From: Basidiobolus ranarum
Taxonomy: Eukaryota
DNA: 35,776 nucleotides
Reading direction: 5' to 3'
Assembly: GCA_040143965.1 (NCBI GenBank)
Contig: JASJQH010006938.1
Location: 1 to 35,776 of the forward strand
Shown: piece after piece, positions 11,906 to 24,369 of the stretch
Position numbering within the stretch: the first letter of the stretch is position 1
Layout: every line of letters starts with the position of its first letter
Notes under the pieces: model-generated
The model's database searches: none
Told to the model about the DNA's origin: nothing
Seen by the model: only the letters and a program-made list of their open reading frames with translations
Position numbers and translations under genes: made by a program

Positions 11906-13968
11906 ATGTCGACTATTGCCATCTATAAACTCTTTGGAGAGAAGAATATTGACCGCTTTGAAGTCAGCCCCCGAAAAAGAGGTAGTTTAAAGTAAATTTA
12001 AGTAATGAAGATATTAAATTTAATAGAATATTAGTTAACCAGAAGTTTCTTTTATTTAACCTTGACTCAACGTACTTCACTTTTTTCAACTTTAAGTGTC
12101 TCGTAGAAGTATGAGAACGTATAGTTTGGATGATGTGAGTCAGTTACCACCAACACTAGTTTTAACTTCTTTGAGTCACACTTTTCCAACCAAAAAATTC
12201 GAACTGTTTGATAAAATTCCAATTGGTCGTCAAGTATCCCCAAAGACTTCTCCAGATGTGAAAAATGGATATTTTGATAGTAAAGTTCTATCTAGAACCC
12301 ATGCTGAAGTTTGGTCGGAGAATGGTCAGGTAAATCACTTTCAAATATTAGAATCTCTGATGATATTGATCTCATACTCTCCTCTCCTCGCTTCCCCCCT
12401 TGAAAATCACCTTAGGTCTACATCAGGGATTTGAAATCTAGCAATGGTACCTATTTAAATGAAGTTCGTTTGAGTCCAGAGGGAGTTGAAAGTCCCCCTT
12501 TCGAATTAAAGAATGGAGATGTATTGGAATTTGGTATAGATATCCAAGAGATTGATAAAATAGGTATAGTTGAATGATTGCAATGATTTAGGTGTGCCTT
12601 GATTGACATCATCTTCTAGAATATCGAAAGATCTCATGTAAAGTAGAAATCTTACGTGACTCCATATTGAATTCCAAATCGAATCTCTCTTCCTCTCCAG
12701 AAAAAATAACATCTCCTCGGTAAGTCGGATTTAATTCACTTCAAATTCGGGAATCCCTCTTCTAAAATTACCAAAGTATCATTACTACTATGCAGGTAAA
12801 TGGTTGATGGGTAGGTGTTATCTTATCTATTGAACTAAGATTGATCCATTTAGAATCAACTTCATGAAGATGACAATAATCCTATTCCTAGTCAACCTGA
12901 TAAATTGGAAGAATGGAAAATCAAACTTAGAGTAAGAATATGTTAAGTATTGCTTTTGGAATTGAGATCAACTCATTTTTGCATTAACATAGACTGAACT
13001 GGCAAGGCTTACGAACGATGGATTTGAGATCAATCAATTGACATCTACACTGGTGGAGATTGCCAGTGAATTCGGTGGCCACAAGCAGGTAAGGTTCTTT
13101 CCTCATATCAACTGATTGCTAGATTATAACTTAAACCATCTAGGGTGTCACATTCATTCAAGACTCGGATAGTTGTCATTCGTTGCAGAATGGCTTAAAT
13201 CAATCTAACAAAGCACCGAAAGAGTCTGGAACCACCCGCTTGAGTCCTTTCAATATGGATATACAATGCTCTTCCATTGGGATCGAGAAAGAGAGTAATT
13301 CGGAAACGGAGAAACTTAAGCAACAAGTGGCACAAATAATGGAAGAAAATCGAGCTTTTAGAAGTGTGCATACTCAACAACAGTCATTCTTTGATAACAA
13401 GGTGGCTGGGATCTTGGGAAAAAATAGAGAACTATCGGTAGAGAACCAAAATTTAAGAGAGAAATTATTGGAGGAAAAACGATACTCAGAACATGTTAAA
13501 AAAAGTCTTGGTCGAACTCAAGATATCCTAGAGAGCATGGGCAAACGAATCAAATCGTTAGAGTTAGAAATACAGAAAAGAAATGATGCTGGAGCTAAGG
13601 AACCGGGAAAAGACTTGGAACAAGTTCTACTAAGAAAGAATTCAGAGTTAAGAAGGCAAATGTCTAGCTTTGATGGTTTTAGATCTCTACAGACTCCAGA
13701 ATGGAAATTTCGTCACGATGAGAATGGGAGCTTCTCAACAATCAAAGTAAAGGAATGTAATACTAATATTTCGGTTTGTGCCCCAGAAATTAGAAAAGAA
13801 CATAATGCACTTCAAAGCCATGGTTATCCTTGAATCAGTGTGTATAGCTACTGGAAGGTAAATAATACCCAGATGGATGTACAATGTATATATGTGGTTT
13901 CTTTCATCCTCATGATACTTATGTCTATAACAAAGCCATGTAAACTTTACTACAACCTTTGCACATGA
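11906..13968 (+). CDS. FHA-domain, coiled-coil, probably tail-anchored protein (SLMAP/Far9-Far10/Vps64-like), multi-exon
   Basis: Exons 11906-11981, 12097-12329 (IGRQ..NGYFDSKVLSRTHAEVW), 12416-12563 (VYIRDLKSSNGTYLN...LKNGDVLEFG); coiled-coil ORF 13183-13833; hydrophobic IYVVSFILMILMSI before TGA 13966-13968. Middle and last splice sites are uncertain. Confidence 0.8.
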
Positions 13969-14187
13969 ATAGGCTCAATAGAATGTCAATTTATTTCATA
14001 TAAACCACTGTGATTAAATATTACAATCAAAATACCATTTTTAATATTGATCTTGCCGCAATTTAGATTCTTGGTTTTGAGAAAATGACTGCGGAGAGTA
14101 TTTCGTGCAAAATAACCGTCACTTGTAATGCTGCCAATTCACCGAGGTTTATTATATAGAACCTTAGATAGTACCATTTTTTACACC

Positions 14188-15478
14188 ATGAAAGAGAAAG
14201 GTATATTAGTTACAAGAAAAAGTGCCCGTTTGGCGGGTAAAGACCCAGTAGATAAATTAACCCAAGTTAACACTTTAAATATCACTTTTAAACAAACGAA
14301 AAAAAGGTAAAAAGAAGGGACTGTAGTCACTTTCCTTCACATTTTATTCCCGGTTTTCCAGTACTAAAATCTTCACCCTCTCTACTTTATTTCTTGAAAT
14401 ATTTCAGTATTTCTCCAAAAAAAACCAACAAAAAACTTCCATTATTGGTAAAAAAAGAGGTCAAAGGTTTGTTTTTGCTACTTTTACTTTTAACCTTTAT
14501 GTTCGGTAATGACAGAATATACTCAATATTGGAATATTTCTACCTTTAAACTACATACAGAGGTTGTCACGGATAAAAATGAACCCATTCCGAGTAAGCC
14601 TTTATTTCAACAGAAATTCTTGGATCATTCAGCTTTGAAACACTTAATGTCAGTGGATGAAAAACTAGGAGAGTTTATCAAACTTTGTGATGGAGATTGT
14701 ACTATCTTGGAAGCAGAGGAGTGTGAAGTCAACGGGTTCCAGTCACTTTGTAAAAGTATAATCTATCAACAGATATCTGGTAAAGCGGCTGCTTCTATTA
14801 TGAAAAAGTTTATCCTTACTTTTCATCCCGATACTACTACTGAGGATCCTATGAAGTTACCTTTCCCATCCCCTCAAGAAGTACTGGATATGGAAGTGGA
14901 GAAGTTAAGAAGCGCTGGATTGTCAGGTAGAAAAGTAGGTCTTAATCATATTGATTCTCATCGATATTTATTCAAACCTATTCACTAATGAATTTTCCTG
15001 TCTCTAGGTTGAATATGTTAAGGATTTAGCGAGTAAATTTTTGGATGGTACTGTAAATGAAAAGAAGCTTCGGGAGATGGACGATGAAACATTAGCCACC
15101 ACTTTATGTAGCATTAAAGGAATCGGACCGGTATAGCATGATTTCTTTTACTTCTTGACCATCAACACAATCACTTAGCAAGATGTTAACACTTATTTCG
15201 AACATTAGTGGACGGTTCATATGTTCCTTATGTTTAATCTTAAACGATTAGATATTTTACCAGTATCAGATTTAGGTGTTCGTAAAGCTATGAGTACTCA
15301 TTTTGGTCTAAAAGCACCTAATGGTGTATCCCCTAGCAAGAAGAAATCTTCTTTTTCAGGCAATACCTATTTACCCACTCCCAAGGAAATGGAAGACTTA
15401 TCTGAAAATTGGAAACCATTTCGAAGCGTTGCCTCGTGGTACATGTGGAGGATGACCGATATGGTGATACCGGAATGA
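14188..15478 (+). CDS. MAG1: DNA-3-methyladenine glycosylase II (HhH-GPD, AlkA/Mag1 family), multi-exon
   Basis: [72 protein letters not shown]; introns 14935-15007 and 15131-15208; 5' exons and start (CACCATG 14188) less certain. Confidence 0.9.
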
Positions 15479-16258
15479 AGTGATAATTTTGTTGACAATC
15501 AATGTAGGGTGAGAAGAGTACAATCTTTGAAGAAATATTTATATAAAGTTATAGTAGTTCACCCGTGACCATAGTTTATATATTGAAGTGAATATACGCA
15601 CAGTGCTTGTTACACCCAGTCTTCATAGGATGGTTAGTCCTAAAACCACTTGTAACGATCTCAAACCCAGATATAGATGTAGCCAATCTAACTCCCCCAA
15701 AAATATCTCTTCTCATATACGATCGGAGAAGCATGTGAGATATGAAAGGAATATCACCGGACAAAATCCGATATAGAAATCGTATCTCGAGCCCATTTCA
15801 TATTTGGTGTTTTTCTTACTTTTAGAGCTAAGATGTTTCTTTCAGATATATTTCAAAAGTAAACTGAGTTCTTAAATTGGTATTATCCATCTCTTTCCAG
15901 TTGATAAAGGAAAAGAATAAAGATTTTCATGTTATTACTGATATTTTATGAGCCAATTAAAAACTAGGATAGGAATTCTTTCGGTGTTTATTAATTAATA
16001 TACTATGGAAAATAAATATCGATGTCTAACAGGTGGCTATATACAGATTCTAAGTCGGTGGCAGTGAATACAGAGTTTGTGAATCCTATGAGGGATACGT
16101 GGGAAAGGATGGTTTAATCCTATTTACAAGTGTGCATGTGCATATGTGTGTACGTGCGTAAAGTTCTGTTGTGATAAATTAGTGCGAGATATTTTGTAAA
16201 AGGTCTATGACTAATAATAACCAATATATGAGATATGCTCAAGCGTGCGTAAGGAAAT

Positions 16259-17878
16259 CTACTTGCTACTGGTTTTCTGAAGTTTCTTACGGAGAACTGA
16301 GCGAATCCCATCCTTTTCACAAAATACCGCTACAAGGGGGAGATGATCGGAGGGACAGTGCCAGTTAGGAAGATTCAAATGCCCTTGTTCTCTTGGTAAA
16401 CCATCAAGAACTGCAAGAAGATCAAGCGAGTGAAGAGTGTAGAGAATATGGTCAATTACTCCTTGAAAATTCTTGGTGCGATTGCTGAAGCGTAGATTAG
16501 GCGAGCTTTTATCAGTGCAGGCGCTACGAAGTCTTAATTGATGACGAAGAGGATGTGCACTATAGCGGCCAAAGTCATGCCCACTAAAAGCCGATGAGGG
16601 AGCACGTCCAGAAACCAGGTATTGAAGTACAGAGCTGGTAGGTAGTGAGTTTAAGTCACCACATATGACAGTTGGGTTCTTGAATTTCTGAAGACGATCA
16701 ATTAGAATGGCAGCTTGAAGTAATTTTGCATCCGGATATTCTGGGTCAGCAAGTAAATGAGTATTAGCAACGCAGAGCTTTGATTGTGTCTCTTTGTTTC
16801 GGAAGATACCAACTAGCGCAAGGTTGTTGAACATATTGAACCTGATGGCGGTATCGCGTGCCAAAGAGTGGCGACGCTCATCATCAAGGTTTGTCTCATT
16901 GTACCGGATAACATGGGTTTTGATTAATTCAAAGCGATGTTGCTTATAGAATGTAGCACAGCCGTCTTGAACCTTTTGGTTACTTTTATTCTCGTAAAAG
17001 CCAGTGTATCCGTAGTGATTTAAAGCTGGAAGAAAGAAATCGGTGAAATCCTCGGGTTCAACTTCTTGGAGACAAACAAAGTCAGGCAAAAGACCTACAA
17101 TTTGTCCGAGGATGGTATGTTTGCGATACTCCCAGTCGAGGTAGGGCCAGCTATGACTATGAAAACGACTTGTACTTGCTAGATTGGGGGAAAGAATATT
17201 CCACGACATGGCAATAAAGGCTCCGTTATCTAGCTCATCCTCAGGCGTGAAATAGTTCCAGTTACGAGTTTGACAGTTTAAACTGCTGTCATCCAACATT
17301 GATACCAATTGCTCATCTTCATCATCCATTTTCTCATATTCGTAATCTTTCCACTCTTCAATCATACCGGCTTCTTGAATAAATTCCTCACACTCATCGT
17401 GCTGAACGCTTGAAGAGTCGCAGGTATCACTAGAATCAGAGGAGCCATCGTAAAGAGATGGTACTGGACTCTCCACAATCAGAGTCTCATTGTCTGAATG
17501 GGATAGTACTACTATTTCAGATTCTTCGACTTTGACTACAGGTAAAGCAGCGAATCTATGTGTCTTTTTCTTTTGCCGTTTCTGAGATTTTTTGCTGGCC
17601 TTAGTCATTGGCTTGGTGGGAGTGGTTTCAGTTACTACTGCTTCCTGTAGAAATCAAACCAATTTAGTCATACTATTAGGATAAATGAATCTGATGGTTT
17701 CAGGGAATACAGCACATCAGGGGAGAGGGAGGGGAAACTGATCAACTACCTTTTGGCTAATTATGGATATACGCGCTTGTAAGATGGCTTTGAATACATC
17801 CAACTCTCTAGTGGTGTCGAGTTGCTGGAAGTTACTCAAGTGTGTGGCGAAGGCTTTCAAACTGTTCCAAGCAAACAT
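16259..17878 (-). CDS. CCR4/Angel/nocturnin-family EEP nuclease/phosphatase without LRR; exons 17878-17750 and 17644-16259, 504 aa
   Basis: SWNIL, CLQEV, DGCATFY, NTHL, CGDLNS, IDHILY, PSDHLP; phase-0 GT-AG intron joins a 43-codon first exon; basic then acidic low-complexity N-terminus. Confidence 0.9.
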
Positions 17879-18261
17879 GTTGTAACTGTGGAGAATACCG
17901 GTGCACTATGTTCAATATTGTGAGTTATATATATTCAGTGTAATGATTCGGGGAAATATCGAGAGATTCACAGTGAGAGTGGAAGCTGCTCAAATCAATA
18001 TGCTGTCTAATCTGGTGGGCAGACTCTTCCTCTTTATATGAAATTGAACATTGAAATGGCACGAGGTCGATTCACGAGTAAACTCAAAAAGAATTTCACC
18101 ATTCTCCTAATTTGGAACATACATCAGTTCTAAGTGGAATTAAGCTGTTACCCAATCTCCGAACTCCCCGCGCTTACCTTACTTTCGCTAAATAAATATG
18201 TTACCTCACTTTACTTCTGCGATTATACTTTACTAGATCTTTATGAATATACATCTTAAAT

Positions 18262-18299
18262 CTAGGAATAAATAGAATATACTAGGAATAAATAGAATA
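18262..18299. repeat. 20-bp tandem duplication
   Basis: CTAGGAATAAATAGAATA(TA) twice. Confidence 0.85.
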
Positions 18300-18876
18300 A
18301 CTACATGAAACCCATTTAGAATTCGGCTGAGGTGCCCCCACACAACAAACCATCTTCACTAGCAAAGCCTACCCTCGTCACTATATTGAGATTTGCCGAT
18401 CAGGTGTTCAATTAGTTTTATTTCCATAGATACCAAAGAAACCAATTAGGACAAGCTTTATCTCAGTAGGATACCAATTAGGGTATCAGAAGAAACGAAT
18501 CACGACACCGGAAGGAATCGATACCTACAGAGAAATGTCTTTGTTGATGGGGCAGAGCCTGAATACTGGGGATGGCACAAGTTGCCTATCTAGCGACTAC
18601 ACCACTCCACGACAATACAGACACCCACTACCACACCCACCACTATATTAAAAATCATTCCATCACCACGGGTCTAGTTGATGATGATTAAAGTTTGGCT
18701 CTCGTGTTACATCAAACAAATAAATCACATCAGTGTATGTACATATATATATCCATCTTATTCTAGTCTTAGGCTGAGAGTCATCAACCAATTTAGTAAA
18801 AGAGTCACAATATGATCTCTGATTCCTAGTTAGGTGTGCATCAATCATGAATCATGAAATCTCTGCGATGAAAATG

Positions 18877-18937
18877 TATGTGCAAATGATGCTAGCATGA
18901 GTGAAGAAAATATGTACAAATGATGCTAGTATAAGTG
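18877..18937. repeat. 34-bp-period imperfect duplication
   Basis: TATGTGCAAATGATGCTAGCATGAGTG / TATGTACAAATGATGCTAGTATAAGTG. Confidence 0.75.
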
Positions 18938-19419
18938 CGTAGAGTATGTATATGAGAGTCGAGTGAATTTCCGATCCGATGACAGAATTAAATCAGCGTG
19001 GTGTGTTTGCTGCAGTACGCATCTTCTCCGGATATGGAGAACCCATTATTCTTAGCTTTGGAGAGCTGCTGTTAACCTGTATACTAGGTGTGTTGCTTTG
19101 TGGGCGTTCAAGAAAGTGGCGAAGTTGAAGAACATGGCTTGATAATGAACGTGCTTTGCTGGATAGGCGAATGATGGGGAAGTGACAAGCTCAGAATCAT
19201 GGGGAAGCCTAGAATTACGGGGATATAACAACCTAGCGCCACCACCAAACAAGAATAAAACAATGGTGGCTGAATAAGAAACCGCTTTACAAATATATAA
19301 AGCTTGCATAGACAACCATCAGTCGTGTGATGCTGATAGATATATTCCGAGATTCGATGATTTATTGGAGAAATCTGTTTGGAATACGGAGGACTACACT
19401 CTATGTATGCCAGGATTGA

Positions 19420-19493
19420 CACTGCTCTTAATCACTTTGTACAATTTGAAATATTGCACTGCTCTTGATCACCTTGTCCAATTTGATCTATTA
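19420..19493. repeat. 37-bp imperfect tandem duplication
   Basis: CACTGCTCTTAATCACTTTGTACAATTTGA / CACTGCTCTTGATCACCTTGTCCAATTTGA. Confidence 0.8.
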
Positions 19494-19603
19494 CTCCATC
19501 TATTGCTCCATCTCTTTAACGTTTAAGGCGATTGAGGCTGAGTGGATGATTAGGGTTAGGATAATCACAATTCAATCACTATACTAAAATCACTTGAAGT
19601 ACT

Positions 19604-19671
19604 CACCATACTATTGAAATCACCATACTATTGAAATCACCATACTATTGAAATCACCATACTATTTCAAT
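19604..19671. repeat. 17-bp minisatellite, 4 copies
   Basis: CACCATACTATTGAAAT x3 perfect plus CACCATACTATTTCAAT. Confidence 0.95.
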
Positions 19672-20870
19672 TAAGGTCGATTCTGTCTTAGTTTGAAATG
19701 CTGGTGGTTGCTTGTGGTTTAAATTCACGCCACACTCATTAGTGAGACAGTTCTAAGCCCAGTCTCAACATCCTAAGTACTTTTTTCAACCCCCGAAAAT
19801 TCACTGACTGGCCCGAGTTGTTCTTGTAACTCCTATCCCTGAGCAAGATACCTGATTGTTATTAAACTATGGAAAACCCTCAGTTCCCTTGAACTCTCAC
19901 TTTTCTTTATTTTTTTTACTAGATATATCCTTATTCAAATATTATCAGGACTTCAAACCCTATCCCGGTAACCAGGAAAATTACGCTACTAATGCTTAGC
20001 TTGCCTGATAATTTTTCAACGTCAAAAGAAATACTATACAAAAAGTGTGTTTTCGTCGTGAGTTGAAAGGTCAACTTTATTGCATACAGTTAAAGGCTTT
20101 TTGACTCTGAAAGTTTTACTGAGACTAATATTCCGGTATGTTACACGGCACTTCAACCGAAAGAAATGAACTTAGTACCTGAAAATAGAAACTAAGAGTA
20201 TCCTTATACCATCAGTAGAAGGGCCAGTGCATTGATTCTTTACGTAGAGAACTTTATATGCTTTGATAATATGGTAGTCACTAGATACAGGCCAATAAAT
20301 CACTCTTCTTTTACTGACCTACGAAGTAATAGTATTCAAACTATATTTCCAGTCGCTCACTTTTTTCTGATGGCTAAGATTATTTGTTCGGCTAGCTAAA
20401 GCATGTTGCTTGATTGAAAATACTTGTATTAATGTTTGTTCCTTGAAATATATGTTTGATTGAAATATACTCTCATCCTACTAATAAATATATTGACTTT
20501 TTGGACAAACTGGTGGTCTTTTAGTTGTAATTATCAATTTGATATTGCCTTTTTTCACTAGACCCCTGCTTGCATTCGCTCAATCAGAATTTCTATCACG
20601 TTATAGGCCTGTAGAGCGCAGATAGAATCTTGACTAATCTCTACACATCATTCTGAACACATGTGCCCCTTATTATAACTAAGACCATTTAGTCATCCCT
20701 TTGAGCTAAATGTTTAAATATGCAGTACATCAAACATCTTATGCTTTGTTTAAGGTGACTTTCTTTCCCTCAAATAATTCCTATTGAGTCGAGATTAATA
20801 TTATACCTCCTCACTCGTTACATACAGATCATCATAATGCTTATGTTGCTCAAAGGTAGAGAAAATTCAC

Positions 20871-21137
20871 TTAAACTTTAGTAGGTTGGCAGCCTTGGGC
20901 GAGCATCTCCTTGCTTAATAAATTACAAGTATTCAATACAGTACAAGTAAAGGAGATGGGAGCTTTGTAGGTGCAGCTAGTGGGGTTTTGCGCACAAATT
21001 GTTTGCAGAGTTGGTACAGGGTTACCGGGGCAATTCCATAGATATGAAACTCCATTTTGGGTCTTTTGACCGACATATCCACCTTCAACAGCGGCGCCGA
21101 CAGCAAGAAGAGACATTAATCCAGCAGTAAATTTCAT
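20871..21137 (-). CDS. Small secreted cysteine-rich protein, 88 aa, 6 Cys
   Basis: Signal peptide MKFTAGLMSLLAVGAAVEG; 6 Cys in the mature part; TATATAAAG about 55 nt upstream; GC-richer than flanks. Confidence 0.8.
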   Translation of the reverse strand: MKFTAGLMSLLAVGAAVEGGYVGQKTQNGVSYLWNCPGNPVPTLQTICAQNPTSCTYKAPISFTCTVLNTCNLLSKEMLAQGCQPTKV

Positions 21138-22971
21138 GATTAATCCGAGGAGAGATGAAACTATCTATTAAAGTGGAGATACGTCTGCTTTATATACCTG
21201 TTATTAAGTCACTTGTTAGTAGAATGAGTTATAGGTTACTTCTTGATTTTCGTATTCCTTTGACTGCTCATTACTGAATTTTGCTGGAGTGATTTAGTTA
21301 TCAACCTGTATTCAACCTGCCAACAAAGCTGTAATATTCAGGGCTAGACAAATTTCGGATAAAAATGCAGGTTCATGAAGTGGCTATCTATTGCTTCATT
21401 AGTCGTAATGAAAACGCCATGGTCGAGAAGGAACTGAAGTGACTCCTTCATTATGTGCCACCGTTGTCGTAACCTTGTACCTGTGAACTAACGCTGGCTG
21501 TTCTATCAATTAATCAAAAAAGCCTTGGGATTTATTGGTTTAAGGGCTGATATAGACATACTACCAATTCTCAATTCACCTTGGGGTAGAGGTATGTTTA
21601 AAATTACAAGTAGTGAGGTATCTACGATTGTCAATAATGTCCTCTGTGAATAATACTCTAAGAATCCGTTTTGCAATAACAGTTATTCTTGTATCTGATA
21701 AGTTACTTGTTTCACACCAACTAGTTGATCAGCGTCTAGCTTGACCATAAAAGGATTAATTAATAGCATGGGAATAGCTTATAGATATATAAATCTTGTA
21801 ATCATTTAAATAGTTTATCTATAATGATAATGGCACAATGATTGCCTAACTAAAACTATTGTAGTGGTTGACAAAAGTTTCTCAGTGTTCATTAGTGATA
21901 CACAGTCGGCTAAGAAAGGCTTATTTTCATTCAAAACGTAAATCTGAATGCCTTTACTACGTGAATGATGGTATTAAAGTTCAGCACACTCTTGGAAATG
22001 CTTACCGACTGGCTCACATGTCACTTTTGCTGCCTAGAAAGCTGGAGACAATTGCTCTAGCAATTAGATCATAACCAATGCACCAAAAGGGTAGTAGTAA
22101 TGGCGGACTTGAAACGACTATGTAGAAGATACTTGGAAATTGTAGAAACTTACTAATTGCCGCCTGGTTAGATATCGCTTTTGTGTTAGACTACTACTAG
22201 TATTGTTTAGCTCCGCCAAGATGTAAAAGTGATAGTTAGCACTAAATAAATCAATACCTGACCTATACATATACATCTTATTTCTTATTTCTCTTCCGAG
22301 TTTATATGTAGCAATTGGGAGATATACAACGAATTAAGCACGACTTGACTATCTGCATTCTTCTGCTGATAATGAAATCTAGAGCAGGGATAGCTAGTTT
22401 TTTAAGAAGATTATCACTGGGAAGATGCAAGTAGTTTAATATCATATAGTTCTCTTCCGTGTTTATCTCTATCAATGGATTATGCTACTGTTGAAGATTA
22501 TGGCATTTATCGTATGTATTATCCCTATCTGTTTACACCTGAGTATTTCATATATAAGTTATCATGTTGTGTTAGTCATCATCACTTTGTTGAAAATTCG
22601 AATAAATATTTAGTATATATGTAAATTATCCAAGAATTAGCAAAGTTGAACTAAAATTTCACAGTCGTCCAAATTAACCCGAAGATAGCCCATTTTACAA
22701 ATGTCTTGAACACAACCCCATTGATAGTCTTCTGTGTTTCCACCGAAAATTATAAACGCCTTATTTTATGTCAATTAATAAGCATCTCTCGAGTTCAAAA
22801 CTCCTTTATTTCAATGGAACATTCAATAAGTCATATTCAAGTAAATTTCTGTATACACCTCAACATTTTTCAAAATAACCCCAAGTTACCCCTAATACTC
22901 ATAGTGCCCAAGTAACATATTTCTGTTATTGCTGTTCATTATTTTCAACAAAAGTACAGGTACCCTATTTC

Positions 22972-23319
22972 TGTTGAAATTAGCTTTGCCTAAACACCTA
23001 TATAGTCACATATAGCTTAGTACTTAGTTATCTCATATTTCACTAAGATATTACCCATTATTCTCATAAGGAATTTACTTGGAATATTGACACCAACTTA
23101 AAAGTTCTCAGATATATAGATTTTTCAAACTTGTGATAGAAGCCCCAAACTTCGCACACATGTTTCTGGAACCTTTCTCAACACATTCTACACGTTATTT
23201 TGTTTACATCTTGACAAAGCTACAAATGTAAACTCTCTACTCAATAAATCAACAAGTGAGAACAACCAATTCCTCTAATTCTCCAAACCACTTCCAACAG
23301 GCTCCCAAATACTAGAACA
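22972..23319 (+). mobile_element. Solo LTR copy C with 5-bp TSD ATTTC
   Basis: ATTTC-TGTTGAAAT...TAGAACA-ATTTC; internal AATAAA; 348 bp. Confidence 0.92.
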
Positions 23320-24369
23320 ATTTCAATACAATAAAGTAACATATTTCTTTAAAGTATCCTGATCCAATTCATTTTATAACAACTACCACAAATGTGCTGG
23401 GAATAAAATAACACTTTGTTAGCTCAATTATAAATATATAGATGGATTCATTCTGTTCCTTCCTTAGTCAGATATTAATCTCGATATCTTTTCGAAGTTT
23501 TTTCCGAAATCACATATACCTTACTACTGTCATCAAATCAAATAAACTGATAGCTCTTGGCCCGTATTGTCTGTATATTTATTCAATATAATAATCTGTA
23601 TTATGTATATGAGCTTATCATATGACAGTAAGCTGTTAACAGCAACAAGAGCACTAATAATAAATTTTAATTCCTGGTAACTATAGCAGTAATATTTTTT
23701 CTTGGCATAGTTCCAATATCTCTAATCAAGATCAAACTTTGTACTCCCAAGATATCATCTATAGAATTATCACATGCCACTAAATGTCCAGATTCTAAGC
23801 CGTTCAGTAGTTTTCCAAGGTATTGGATCATCATATTGAATCCTTTGGAGATATTAGAAATCCATATACGCCATACCTATTACCTATTTGACCTTTTCTC
23901 TGAGTCAGCATCTAGACTTTAACGTTAATTGCATTGATTATATTCAGCTTTGAAGGAAAACTAAGCCTGCACCACGCCAATTTCCTTAATAAGGTGTTCG
24001 CACAGATGTATAATAGTGACCACCGAAGTTGCATTTGATATCCCAGCTTGTTTGGTGAAATCCGATTTGATTTCAATTTGGGCCCAGTAATTTTCATTTT
24101 ATTACTAGTTCAACTCACTCTTTGGGGTATTCTTTTGAATGTGCAGTTTTCCATGTGTTGGCACTAACTGCTTCACCTCACTATATGACGATCTGTGATA
24201 CAATATGAAGCAATTTCCTAAAATGCCATTTTAAGTTAATCGATCTAGAATGGCGTAGTGTCCAGATATAGGTGCTAGAGTAAGCAAGCTATAAGAGGTT
24301 AATGTAGATTGAATCCAATTTATTATGGTTGTATTAGGTGTCTGGATATTGGAGTTAAAATTGATGATT

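Noticed and set aside
19052-19422. Overlapping 87- and 104-aa minus-strand ORFs
   Set aside because: No motifs, no convincing start or splice structure; they lie in a repeat-rich gap.
19604-19671. Repeat ending in ATTGAAAT, reminiscent of CRISPR repeat ends
   Set aside because: Units are contiguous 17-mers with no spacers, there are no cas genes, and the context is eukaryotic.
20198-20205. GTATCCTT, a U12-type 5' splice-site match (similar ATATCCTT near 19925 and 33189)
   Set aside because: Not inside any gene model and no paired branch site; short matches are expected by chance in AT-rich DNA.
23330-24100. Possible pseudogene fragments beside solo LTR C
   Set aside because: Manual translation of the frames I tried gave short stop-interrupted peptides with no recognisable homology.
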